Shown here piece after piece: positions 12,278-24,650 of a stretch of 64,000 nucleotides of DNA. A program made the position numbers and the translations under genes. Origin of the DNA: Eledone cirrhosa. Its lineage: Eukaryota. The stretch spans positions 1,116,001 through 1,180,000 of the forward strand of contig OZ024743.1 of NCBI GenBank assembly GCA_964016885.1, in the 5' to 3' direction. Under the pieces are notes generated by a model. The model saw nothing but the letters and a program-made list of their open reading frames with translations. It had not been told where the DNA came from and did not search any database. Within the stretch, counting starts at the first letter, position 1. Each line of letters opens with the position of its first letter.

Positions 12278-12634
12278 TACCAGTTATCCATTATCTCACC
12301 AACCGTTCAGTACATATCTTTACACAGTTACCAGTTATCCATTATCTCACCAACCGTTCAGTACATATCTTTACACAGTTACCAGTTATCCATTATCTCA
12401 CCAACCGTTCAGTACATATCTTTACACAGTTACCAGTTATCCATTATCTCACCAACCGTTCAGTACATATCTTTACACAGTTACCAGTTATCCATTATCT
12501 CACCAACCGTTCAGTACATATCTTTACACAGTTACCAGTTATCCATTATCTCACCAACCGTTCAGTACATATCTTTACACAGTTACCAGTTATCCATTAT
12601 CTCACCAACCGTTCAGTACATATCTTTACACAGT
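12278..12634. repeat. Minisatellite, 51-bp unit x7
   Basis: taccagttatccattatctcaccaaccgttcagtacatatctttacacagt repeated head to tail without spacers. Confidence 0.97.
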
Positions 12635-12929
12635 TAGCAGTGAAGTTATCAGTTCTGTGCCAGAAAAAAAAATGATACAAAATATCATAAGGTGAGAAAT
12701 TAGTTTCCCTTCATTAGGCATGATTATGTTATTGAGTGGCCCTATCATTTACGAAGAATTTAATATTTTTAAATGTTGCTCACGTAGCTCACCTGTAATA
12801 TACAACATTACATCACTTATACTTATAGGCGGCGGTGGCTGTCAATACGAACAGTCATTTCTTTACTCAGATTCGGCCCTGTTTATCTAATATCTGACTA
12901 AGGAAACAAAGCAATACGTTCATACATAG

Positions 12930-13237
12930 GGAAAAGACCCCATTCGGACACGAATAACCATGGGATTTGCTTCTAGAGAGATCCCCTCCGAGGCACAAGT
13001 CACTCATGCATACCAGTCTCTCCTCTCCATGCTACCGATGTTATCCAAGGGAAAAGCAAAGACCGATACAGCTTGGCACCAGTGACGTCGCAACTCATTT
13101 CTACAGCTGAGTGAGCTGGAGCAACGTAAAATAAAATGTCTTGCTCAAGAAAACAATGCAAAGCCCGATCCGAGAATTGAACTCACAACCTCAAGATTAT
13201 AAGCCAAATTCTCTAACCCGCAAGCCATGCACCTTCA
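12930..13237 (-). mobile_element. tRNA-derived SINE, second family (degenerate relatives near 29700-29790 and 59388-59660)
   Basis: Minus strand tRNA-like head (TGGCTTGCGGGTTAGAGA..GAGTTCAATTCTC) followed by a TTCTTGAGCAAGACA core-like segment. Confidence 0.7.
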
Positions 13238-13257
13238 TGCATATACACATTCATACA

Positions 13258-13438
13258 TAATTGTTTCTAAATTTGGCATAAGGCCAGCAATTACGCAGTA
13301 CGTTACTGGTACTTTATTTTATCGACCCCTTAAGGATGAAAGGCAAAGTTAACCTCGGCAGATTTTGAACTCAGATCGTAAGGGGACGTAACTATGCTGG
13401 AAAGCATGTCCGACCCTCTACGGATACTGCCAATTCAC
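13258..13438 (-). mobile_element. SINE S1
   Basis: Reverse complement of the S1 consensus. Confidence 0.9.
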
Positions 13439-13950
13439 ATACAATCATAATGGCTGCATATCAGTTTCTAGAGTTGTCATACATGTGTGACAGGAACATG
13501 AAATGTTAGCCCTTTCAAGGATCCTTTCTGCATATGCTGCAGTGGAAGGAAAAAGAAAAGGTCATGCTTATGCAACACATACGAAAGTGGTTTAGATAAT
13601 ATGATGCTTGAAGCATTTTTAAGTGAAGAAAGTCTTTGCACTGATCAGTTCCACTAGAATGAGTTTTCCTTTTCCAGGAATGATGTCCTAACAGGAACTA
13701 CGAGTCTCTCACTTTCGATGGTCTAACCTCGCACACGGGCACCAAACCGAGTATTTCCATGTCCCCATGCATACATACATACATACATACATACATACAT
13801 ACATACATACATACATACATACATACTTACATACATTCCTACATACCTACATACATACATACAATCATACATACATACATACATACATACATACATACAT
13901 ACATACATACATACATACATACATACATACATACATACATACATACATAC

Positions 13951-14848
13951 ATGGGAATACTACACCCGATTAAGAAAGATCTGGTCATCGGAACTCTCTG
14001 CACAAAGCAAAACAGTGGCTCACAATGTATTTGCTGTGCCTGTCCTAACACCAACGTTTGGAATACTCAATTGGACGATAGACAAAAACCGAGCAGTTGA
14101 TGTTGGAACTCGAAAAATACTGAACAACACCGGAAACTCCCACATCAAGAGTGACATAGACCGCCTTTACTTGAAACGTAAGCTGGGAGGCAGCGGCCTA
14201 ACATTAGTCCAGACAACATTTGAATGTCGCATCATATCTCTCCGACAACATCTACGAACCTCGAAGCGTAGGAACCCGCTTCTCGAGCAAGTCTATCTGC
14301 ATGAAACAGATAAGATCATGGGAGTTGTGAAGGAACTCCTTGAGAGATATTCCCTGTGTGATAATCAAAAACTCACACCCAGGGATGTCGCTCAGCAGTA
14401 TCGCAGTGAATCCATGGATGAAAAACCCTGACTATACCTTCAGATTTATGCCTGTGATTGTTGGGGCACTGGGGTATGTTAGTAACTGCCTCAATACAAA
14501 TCTTGGGAAGCTAGGTTTCACAGGAACAGAAAGAACACAACTAGTTAGGAAACTACAAGTACAATACATTAATGGAAGAGTAAAAATATGTAAAACATTC
14601 CAAAAATGTTGCATCTAATAACTGCATATACACATGTACAGATACAAAGCATATACACATGCACACATACAACTCAAAACATCCACATCCATACATACAA
14701 TAACATCCATATCTTCACATGCATGCATACATACATATCTACCTAGTTGATATTGTGTAAATTCCAATGAGAGAGTCTTGTGTCTATGTTAAAAACCGAG
14801 TCTCTCTCTATTGGTAAAACTTTGTGAAATTATAAAACCAGAAGAACA
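13951..14848 (+). mobile_element. R4/Dong-like (RLE-type) non-LTR retrotransposon fragment, internally deleted, inside (TACA)n
   Basis: HNVFAVPVLTPTFGILNWT..SDIDRLYLKRKLGGSGL and C-terminal FMPVIVGALG motifs; 3' end runs into (TACA)n. Confidence 0.7.
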
Positions 14849-14916
14849 TACATACATACATACATACATACATACATACATACATACATACATACATACA
14901 TACATACATACATACA

Positions 14917-15510
14917 TGATGTCTGCAAAATCTGCTATTTGGATGGCCGTTGACTCTGCTCAATTCCTCCACCTTTGCCAGGTCTTGTATTTCATCCCGC
15001 GGGTTGTCCAAATATTACCCTCCTCACCAAGCAACCTTGGTGGAGTTGCCGATTTAAACGCCGACGACCCGACCATGAGACAGGTTATACTGGGTTACAT
15101 GTTACCATAAGGAACGCGATTAAGAAAGATATGGTCATCGGAACTCTCTGCGCAAAACAAAACAGTGGCTCACAATGTGTTTGCAGTGCCTGTCCTAGCA
15201 CCAACATTGGAGTACTCAATTGGACGATAGACGAAATCCGAGCGATTGATCTTAGAACTCGAAAAATACTAAACAACACCGGAAACTTCCGCATCAACCG
15301 TGACATAGACCGCCTTTACTTGACATATACACATATACACATCCACAAATACAATAACATCCATATCTACACATGCATGCAGACATGCAGACATATCTAC
15401 CTAGTTGATGTTGTGTAAATTCCAATGAGAGAGTCTTATATCTATGTTACAAACCGTCTCTCTCTCTATTAGCAAAAATTTGTGAAATTATATAACCAGA
15501 AGAACATACA
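14917..15510. mobile_element. Chimeric remnant: RTE-type 5' segment (minus, 14917-15108) joined to an R4/Dong-like fragment (plus, 15108-15510)
   Basis: 15115-15323 matches 13965-14173 (DIDRLYL); 14940-15108 matches 62250-62420. Confidence 0.7.
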
Positions 15511-15539
15511 TATATACATACGTAAATAAATAAATTAAT

Positions 15540-15909
15540 AAATAAATTAGACAATTATGAAAGTTGTGTTCAAATCATTTAATAGCTGACAATCATTTCT
15601 TCCAAACTCTCGTTTGAAGTCATCGGAGCATTATCAATGTTTGTACATGTAATTGACCTCCTATTCAACTGAACAATAATATAGATACATATATATTGAT
15701 GTTGTGAGCAACAGTTTCGTATTTATAGGGTGGAATGGATGTGACATATATTTTACGAGAATTGTACAAAAAATTCAAATTCAAATTAAAAGCACAGAGT
15801 GGAGTACATGCAACAGACAATACAAGTCTAATAATTAAAGAGGCATTGAGAAAGGAGCTTTGAGAAAGAAAGATTTGAACACAACTTTGATAATTGTCTA
15901 ATTTATTTA
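15540..15909. mobile_element. MITE-like element with ~38-bp TIRs
   Basis: aaataaattagacaattatgaaagttgtgttcaaatc ... gatttgaacacaactttgataattgtctaatttattt. Confidence 0.7.
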
Positions 15910-16049
15910 TTTTCCTGCTCTGTAAAACAACTGATGTTCTTACATTGAGCTATTCCTCTTACTGGTAATAAGGTAGTAGAAATTACTGACCTTTCCTGTT
16001 TATAGTTGTTTATAGTATATACATAACTATAAATAGTATTATTATTAAT

Positions 16050-16236
16050 GGCGGTGGATTGGCAGTATCGGTAGAGGGTCGGATGCCATGCTTTCCAGCA
16101 TAGTTACGTCCCTTTACGATCTGAGTTCAAATCCCGCCGAGGTTGACTTTGCCTTTCATCCTTACGCGGTCGATAAAATAAAGTACCAGTAATGCACTGG
16201 TAATTGCTGGCCTTGTGCCTAAAGTAGAAACAATTA
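16050..16236 (+). mobile_element. SINE S1
   Basis: Full-length match to the S1 consensus. Confidence 0.92.
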
Positions 16237-16926
16237 TTATTATTAGTACATACGTAAATATTAGCTATAATGTAATCGATGTGCTGGGTTTCTGCGATCA
16301 TTTCTGTTGAGCATAATACAGTGTGGATAATTACGTTCTCATTTGAGTCTAAATCGATTTCAACCTTGTGTTTCATCCGTCAAAGTTCAATAAAAGTAAG
16401 TCAACACCTGTGATTAATTTAATTGATTAATAAATCTATTCCAGCATGCATGAGATCATGCAATTAATTCAAATGGTTCAGTAAATCTTGAGATCACAAT
16501 CACAGTTGAAATGAGGCTCCAGTGGCACGACACTGCACCCCATCAATTCTATCTATTGTGATATTATGTACTAGTACAAACATAACACATTACACCTATC
16601 CACACCCACACACTTATATATATATTGTATAGATATATATGTATCTCTCTCTTTCTCTCTCTCTCTATATATATATGTATATATATATATATATTTGTGT
16701 GTGTCTGTGTGTGCGTACATGTGTGTGTTTGTGTGTATTTGTGTGTGTATGTGTGTGCGTACATGTGGGTGTTTGTGTTTGTGTGTGTGTGTGTGTGTGT
16801 AAGTCTGCGTGTGTATGTGTATAATTTGTGCATGATATACCCGAATTATATACCCAAACCGTCATACACACATACACACATACATACACACATACATACA
16901 TTCATACATACACATACATATATTCA

Positions 16927-17446
16927 TGGTGGTGGCTGCCAACTCGTTTTCGAGTACGGCCACTACTTTATATCCATGTAGGAGAACCCCTACCGATGCG
17001 CTGAACGAGTGTGACTTTTTAGTCCAGCCAGCGACTTGAAAACTCTGGTACAAACACTGCACTTGTGACAATTATTGACACATAGTGCTGAGCCCATGGT
17101 ACCATGTGACGACAAGTGCAGAGAGATCTCCAGATATAAAGCAATGCCTGTGCCGTGAAGCTTTTATAGTGAGCAAAGGCACTGCACAAAACCAGTCCCA
17201 CTCTCTTAACCAAGATGATATTTACCAAAAAGAAGAACAAGTCAACATCATTGGATGTCATCAGGGTTGCAGGTGTTATATCAGAGTTTTCCTTCTCCTA
17301 GAATTCTGCCTTGACAAAGGCTAAGGAGTCATCTCTTCCGGTGATTTTGGATGGCCATTGACTCTTAAGAGCTCCTTTGCCCTTTGACAGGTTTTGTTTT
17401 TAGTCCTGCAGGATGTCCAAAGTCACCCTCCTCACCAAGAAACCTT
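16927..17446 (-). mobile_element. Non-autonomous RTE-derived element (5' UTR-like part, C2H2 finger 3' end, (TGTA)n tail)
   Basis: Minus strand CTAGGAGAAGGAAAACTCTGA (RTE 5'UTR-like) and CSVCTRVFKSLAGLKSHTRSAHR*; near-identical copy at 62535-62940. Confidence 0.65.
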
Positions 17447-17473
17447 ATATTCATACATACATACATACATACA

Positions 17474-17507
<34 letters not shown>

Positions 17508-18540
17508 CGTACGTACAACATCTGTGGCCACTGCTGTCAGAGATGCAATTCAAACTGCATACAGCTAAGTTCGAACTTACAATGTTTTCTGTATCATTGA
17601 AAATCCATCCGCGGCTGTCTTTTGGATTATAATTCCCTCGCTTCTCTTATTAAATGACACACAGTAAAACTTCTTCGGGTTCTTCACAAACATCTATACT
17701 ATCGTTGCATGACCTCTCCGGCGATCTCGGACTTCACTTCGTTTTGATTTCATTTGAAATATGTCATACACCATAATTACTTTGCTTGCAAATGTATCTT
17801 TGCAGAAGGTATTAGATCCTCCGGTCTGCACAGAATTTCCACAATTGACGTTTGTCACCAATGCTATATCATCCGAAAAGACTTCTATTGAGGAGCGTAT
17901 ATGCATTTTACAATTGTGACAAGTTGTACCTCATTCCAAACACACACCATATGATTGGTATTGTGAGTACACGCTTGCATTTAACACAAATCTGAGTTCG
18001 AATCGGTGACAAAATCTGTCAAAGCTGATTCTTTCAATTACAAGTACAATCTAGACAGAAAGTAAGATAGTGTGGAAGAGAAGGTTGAACACGATGGAAA
18101 TTGAACTCAGTGTACAGCGAACCTGATGAATACTGCAAGGCATTTTATCCAACGATACAATTATTCTACAAATAAATAAACGTCAGTTACTGTAAATTTC
18201 CAGCTAAAATAATTAGTATAAATGCAAAATGTCACATTTGGAATATGATAATATTTCGTTTTGTGTTATAATTTATATATACAACGCAGGCACAAAGACA
18301 TGCTAAATCATATAGTTCAGTACCACACACATTCAAATATAATTACCACAGATTCCCTTGCCATGTATACATACACACACACATGTATATATATATATAT
18401 TTATATATATACATGAGTGTATGTGTGTATGAGTGTATGTGCATGTATTCGTAAAATCACCCAAAGGTCGAGCGGAGTTAACTTACAAACACATGGGCAA
18501 AGGATAACACGAAAAACAAGTGATTGAAAGTCTTCAGCCT

Positions 18541-18623
<83 letters not shown>

Positions 18624-18636
18624 TATACCTGTATGT

Positions 18637-19385
18637 GACACGGGCGCCCGGGCAGGGATCCCTCAAAAAAGATTTGCCCTAGATGCATGCGTCACGAAGA
18701 AACCGTTGCGCACGCATTGGTGCAATGTCCAGGCGTGGCTGATCTGTGGGGCTACGCCGAACGACTGCTGTCGCGGGTGGCGCCCATTCAATTGACCGCC
18801 GAGTCCGTGATGACAATCAAACCGCCTCCCCTCTTTACAAAGGAAGCAAAGGCGGTTTTTCTGTGCGTAATAGCCATGTTGAAAGAGGTTGTTTGGTGGA
18901 CACGATTGAAAGGTCTGAGGTCAGGCAACTTCCTCTCTGGCCATAGTCTGGTCTACTTCTTCCGATATCACTTCGGAAGAATGGAGAGAGAGGTGCTTGG
19001 CCACAGGCAGTTTTATGAAAGGTGGGTGATAGTGGCGAGAATGGCTCGTGTAAATGGGCCTTCTCTGTATACCATCCTGTAGGTAAAGAAGTAAAGGAGA
19101 GGGGAGCACCTTCTCCGTGTGCTCCCCGGGCAAAGGATTGCACACTTTTTCGGGGGGGGGGGTGCAACCCCCATCACGTCCCCTCCCTTTTGAGGTTATT
19201 TTCGATTATTTTCATTTTATACCCTTTTTACTCGATTGTATGTAAACTCCCCCTCTGTATTTGTCCCTTCTTTTTATGCCTTTATGGTAAATAAAGAAAT
19301 ATATCTATTATACCTGTATGTAAACTCCCCATTTGTATTTGTCCCCTTCTTTTGTGCCCTTGTGGCTAATAAAGAAAAATTTATC
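18637..19385 (+). mobile_element. 5'-truncated Tx1-type LINE with a duplicated 3' end
   Basis: ORF 18687-19082 is homologous to the ORF2 C-terminus of the 21248 element; 20-bp TSD tatctattatacctgtatgt at 18617-18636 and 19302-19321. Confidence 0.9.
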
Positions 19386-19393
19386 TATCTATC

Positions 19394-19435
<42 letters not shown>

Positions 19436-19453
19436 TCTCTAGCTCTCTCTCTG

Positions 19454-19488
<35 letters not shown>

Positions 19489-19554
19489 TTGTGTATGTAT
19501 GTGTGTGTCTGTATATCAGACGCATGCACAGAGGCACACACCCCATGTATATAT

Positions 19555-19862
19555 ATAATAATACAGGGACGATTTGTTATGCCTTCATTACGTTTATTGA
19601 TTAGTGACGCGCGTATCGCTATTGATCAGCTCAATCTGTATTGATCTGTATTGATCAATCTGTATTGATTCAATCTGTATTGATCTGGCCCGATTCTGGA
19701 ATCAAAATCTCGTCATTACAACTACGGAGGTCTGACGAGCTTTTGATTCCAGAGCCGGGCCAGATCGATACAGATCGAACTTTGAGCTGATCAATAGTGA
19801 AACGCGCATCACCAATCAATAAACGTAATAAAGCCATAACAAATTGTCCTTGTATTATTATA
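19555..19862. mobile_element. Palindromic element (family P) with HHR-like fold at 19729-19813 (+)
   Basis: ~140-bp inverted arms; GGT CTGACGA GCTTTTGAT..ATCAATAGT GAAA CGCGCa TC ACC; the left arm restores palindromic CGCGCG TC. Confidence 0.65.
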
Positions 19863-19878
19863 TTTACACTCTACATAA

Positions 19879-20067
19879 GGCGGTGGATTTGGCAGTATCG
19901 GTAGAGGGTCGGACGCCATGCTTTCCAGCATAGTTACGTCCCTTTACGAGCTGAGTTCAAATCCCGCCGAAGTTGACTTTGCCTTTCATCATTACGGGGT
20001 CGATAAAATAAAGTACTAGTAATGCACTGGATAATTGCTGGCCTTGTGCCTAAAGTAGAAACAATTA
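19879..20067 (+). mobile_element. SINE S1
   Basis: Full-length match. Confidence 0.92.
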
Positions 20068-20191
20068 TATTTACACTCTGTTTAGCTCTACACCTCTCTA
20101 CAGACGTGAACCTAAACATCAAGTGCTCACCTGTGTGAACCTACAATAACTTTACTTTACACTTCCTGGAGATATATATATATATATATAT

Positions 20192-20820
20192 AATTAAAAT
20201 TTACGTGGAAATAAAAGACAAAAATGTACCTATATTTTCTTCAAAGTCCCAATTGCAGTTTCGACGAATCCGTTTACACCGATTTCTGTACTGTAAAAAG
20301 GCATCATCTCTGTGAGGTTAATAAGGCTTGTCAAAAGACCTCTAAAAATAGGACTGTTTCTTGATGCGTTCATAGCAAGTGTGAAATTCTCGCGAGGCGG
20401 AGGGAGAAATTTACACAACATACTGTGGTCACAGAAGGGTAGTTAGGTGGTCAGTGAGCGAGGAAGATATTTGCTAGAAAAAGCAGTTAATACACTCCCG
20501 GTTAACTCTACCATAGGGAAGTTTGGGACAATATAATAATGAAATACACACACACATATTCATATGTATATGTATGTGTGTGATGTCCGCCTTAACAAGT
20601 TTTGCACGATGACCGAAAGAGTTAAAATAATCAAAATAATTAAAATAACTCAAAAATCAGAGCTATTTATCAAATTAAAAATACGAGGAAATAATAGACA
20701 AAACTATACATATTTTGTCTTCAACGTCCCAACTGCAGTTTCGCCGAATCCGTTTGCACCGTATACTGCACTATAAAAATACATCATCGCTGTGAGGTTA
20801 ATAAGGCTTATCAAGAGAAC
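20192..20820 (-). mobile_element. Family N element, 480-bp monomer x1.3, with U3-A8 HHRs at 20246-20339 and 20726-20820
   Basis: Minus strand gttCTC TTGATAA GCC..GGC GAAA CTGCAG TT GGGAC; repeat period 480. Confidence 0.75.
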
Positions 20821-21247
20821 CCCCCTCCCCCCCCCCCCCCCCCAAAAAAAGAAATATATATATATATATTAACTGACACAAACAAAACAAAGATAGATAT
20901 CAAAATATGGAGATATGGATGGCTAGAAAAATGTAAGATGAATATAGAGAGCAAGACAGGAAAGAGAGAAAGAAAATTAGATAGATAGATAGATAGATAG
21001 ATAGATATGTTTCTTTATTAGCCACAGGGGCACAAAAGAAGGGGACAAATACAAAGGGGGAAGTTTACATACAATAAAAAACGTGTAAAATGTTATCACA
21101 AATGCAATTTAAAAAGTTAGTCGATTTTCCCCAATAGGGGGAGACAGTTTATGTGGGTAACACATACCCCCGAAAAAATGTGCAACCCTCATCTCCAGGA
21201 GTACGAAGAGTTTGTACTCCTTTCCTCTCCTCCTCCTTTTCCTCAAC

Positions 21248-23677
21248 CTACAGGCTGATATAGAGAGAAGGCCCATTCACTCGGGCCATTCTCGCCACTT
21301 TCACCCACCTTTCATAAAACTTGCTGGGGTACAGCACCTCTATTCCCATCCTGATTCTTCTTCCAAAGTGGTATTTGAAAAAAAGAATCAGTTGTTGGCC
21401 GGAGAGAAAGGTGTCTGACCTCAGCCCTTTCAACCTTGTCCACCATATAACCTCTTTCGCCATAGCTATCACACAAAGGAAAACCACCTCTCCTTCGTTT
21501 TTGAAGGAGGGTGGCGGTTTGATCATGACAATGGACTCGGTGGTCAACCGGATTGGTCCCACCCGCGACAATAGTCGTTCTACATAGCCCCACAGGTCAG
21601 TGACGCCCAGGCACTGTATGAATGCGTGGGCGACGGTTTCTTCGTCTCGCACGCACCTCGGACAGATCTTTTTTCCAGGGTCCCTTCCCGGGCGCCCATG
21701 TCTGTAGAGCTTGTCTCGAACTGGTAGAGCTCCTCGGTAGCACTGCCAGGCCAGGGACTTTTGGAAGTTGTCCATCGGTCCCGGGCGGAAGGTCCTACCG
21801 AACAGACTGGCCAGTTCATCTTCCTCTACGCCTAGAGTTTCACCGAGCGCGTCGTCGCACTTGCTGCAGATCAACCCTCTATAGAATGACGAAGTGGAGT
21901 CTCCACTGATCGCCGGGTCCGCCTGCCAGAGGGATGTGAGCGCCTGAGCACATTCGATGTGCCAGTCGCCCATTTTCCTCGGTCTTTGCTTGACCCAGGA
22001 CTGCAGCTCGGTCAGCGAGACGAGTCGTGGGAAGGCTCTCCTCACGAACGGGGCCCACACCGGTTGTCCGGTGAGGAATACGTAGAGATGCCGCAGCCTG
22101 AGCGCGTGTTTGCGCATCGGCAACCACGCCATCCCCCGCCCTCCGTTAGAAGGGTGTTGGCAGCAGATGGATCTTCTCAGCAAAGGAGCCCGCCTCTTCC
22201 AAAGGAATCGGAAGAGCGCGCGTTCCATTTTGGCGAGCGTTTTGGCTGGACAATGCACGACGGTCAAGCGGTAGTAGATGGCGGACGCTATAAAAGTGTT
22301 CGCCACCTCCGCTCGACCTTTCAAGGATAGTTTGCTCTCGGCCCACTTCTGGGTGAGTGCAAACACCTTTTCCGTCACTTCGTTCCAGTTCTTCTCCACC
22401 TGGAGGTCCGGACCAAACCAGACCCCGAGCAGCTTTATCGGTCCTTCTGTCCAGCGTCCGACGACGCCATCGGAAGGCATCGGTTTGCCTCTCCATGATC
22501 GGAGTTGCAAACCGATGGACTTGTCCCGGTTCAGCTTCGCTCCTGTGAAACTTTCGTATTCCTTCAGTAAGGTGCCGACTTCCTCGATTTGCGAGGCGCT
22601 CGACACCATTACTGTCACGTCGTCGGCGTAGGCCGACGCCGCTTTCCGCAGTCCCCGTTCCAGAGGGATGCCCTGCAATAGCTCCAACTTTCGCAGTAGT
22701 GGCTTGAGAGTCAGTACGTACAGAAGGGAGGAGAGAGGGCATCCCTGTCGAATGGATCGCGTAATATGGAACGGCTCAGAGAGGTAGCCGTTCACCTTGA
22801 CCCTTGAGCAGATGTTGCTGTTGTGCATTGCAGCAATCCAGCCCCTGAACACGGGTCCGAAGCCTGCCGCCTCGAGCACCGCATCCAGGTAACGATGGTC
22901 AACCCTATCGAAAGCCTTAGACTGATCCAAGTTGATCAGGGCCCCACCGAAGCCGGGTTTACACCCTACCCTCTCTATGATGTATCGCATGAGGTGGAGG
23001 TTGTCGTGTATGGACCTGGTAGGGATTGCGCATGTCTGCGCTTCTCCCACAAGGTTCTCGACGACAAGCGCCAGCCTCTTTGCCAAAATCTGTAACTCTG
23101 TGTTTAGCAGAGTTATGGGCCGGAAGTTGCCTATGTCATCCCTCTTATTCTCGTCCTTCCTGATTAGTGTGACCACGACCCCGGTTACAGAACTGGGAAT
23201 TCTCCCGTTCTGTTGCCAGTTGCAGTAGACCGCTTCCAGGAGACCGGAGAATAAGTCCAGCATTGCTACGTAAAATTCGTAGGGTAGACCGTCGAGACCT
23301 GGAGATTTGTGTTTGTCGCATTGGCTCAGCGCGTCCACTATCTCAACGGCTGAAATCGGCTTTTCGCAGAACTTTGCCTCGCTGTCCGAGAGTCGCGGTA
23401 GGCCGTCTAGGTATGGACCGAAATCGATAGCCCCTCCCGGCGCGCCGCCCCTCCCGAACAGTTGAGCAAAGTGCCGCTGAAAGGCAGCACACATCTGCTT
23501 CGGCTCACGTATCAAGCGTCCGTTTTGGTCCTTCAAAGACCGAATCGTGGACTTGTTGCCACTTTTTGCCTCCGTCACTCGGGCCCAGCTAACAGCTTTG
23601 GCTCCTTCGTTTCCCAGAGCACGTATTTTGCTTCTGACAACGCAGCCCTCGTGCTTTGCGTCGAAGAACTGGTCCAA
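21248..23677 (-). pseudogene. Tx1 ORF2 reverse transcriptase and C-terminal domain (frameshifted from the endonuclease)
   Basis: KSPGLDGLP, NFRPITLLN, LDQSKAFDRV, IRQGCPLS, YADD, CPRC..ETVAHAFIQC. Confidence 0.95.
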
Positions 23678-23726
23678 GGCCGTTCTCGTTGCTTCTAATT
23701 GCCTCTTCTACTTTATCTACCAGTTC

Positions 23727-24650
23727 CTATTCGGTCTTATTTCTATCTAACACTAATACTATACTAAAACCTATCGAGTCTAATCTAACTGCCCTCTTGA
23801 GAGAGTACCACCATCTGTTGTTGACAATGGCCCCTGTCAAGTACTGTTTAACTAAAATGCTAATCCGTCTACTGTAGGCTTTGCTTGTCGGTAACGACAA
23901 GTTCAGCTTCCAGTAGCCGGGTCCTTGTCTATGGGTTCTATCAAGGTTGGCCATGCAGGTCACTAGTTTGTGATCTGAATAGGCAACCATGAACATTTGT
24001 GGACAGCTTAACATGTCCCTATCCTTATTTCTAATTAGAACCGTATCTAGGTACGATCTAGATGTTCCGCTACGATTACTCCACGTCCACAGTGGCGCAG
24101 TCGGAAAATCTAGTCGATACCTATCGGCCAGGTCAAATCGGTCGATTAACTGTTTGAGGCTGTTACACCCCCCTTTATCGGGACATGCTACCACATAGTT
24201 CCAACGTGCATCTAGGATTCCATTCCAGTCCCCCACTAAAAGCAAGGAGCGGGACGTTCCCAGAAAAGTCTCTAGACGTTTGAAGAAGTCTGGCCGCGGT
24301 GTCCCGGATGGGGCATATGCGGCCACCAGCCTGAAGGCTCCACCTTCACTACCGTCAACGTCTAGGACCACCAGTCGACCCTCCGGGTCCAGATGTACCG
24401 TCTGTGTTACGAGGCCCAGGTGTTTCCGCAGCAAAACGGTAACTCCGCCCCCACCCCCCGGTTGACAGAGAGATGCGTAGATATCAAAGTCATCGAAGAT
24501 GGGGGCCAGCTGTCGCTCGCTGTGGATCCTGGACTCGCAAATGGCTACCACATCCATACTGTGCGACCTGAGGTCGTTTAAGAGTTTGCCCTGTTTCCAG
24601 GGCATCCCCAGGCTGCGTACGTTCACACACCCAACTCTTATATTGGCCAT
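23727..24650 (-). pseudogene. Tx1 ORF2 apurinic endonuclease domain
   Basis: MANIRVGCVNVRSL, AICES, VGDWN, SYLD, YSDH, GPGYWKLN. Confidence 0.93.

Noticed and set aside
12278-12634. CRISPR-like array
   Set aside because: Units are contiguous and identical with no spacers; no cas genes; eukaryotic context
14764-14815. Hairpin ccaatgagagag..ctctctctattgg in the R4/Dong-like 3' UTR as an HHR
   Set aside because: No CUGANGA-like core in any of three copies; more likely an ordinary LINE 3' stem-loop
16050-16140. tRNA genes at the SINE heads
   Set aside because: A and B boxes are present but there is no complete cloverleaf, and they are always followed by the same SINE body and tail
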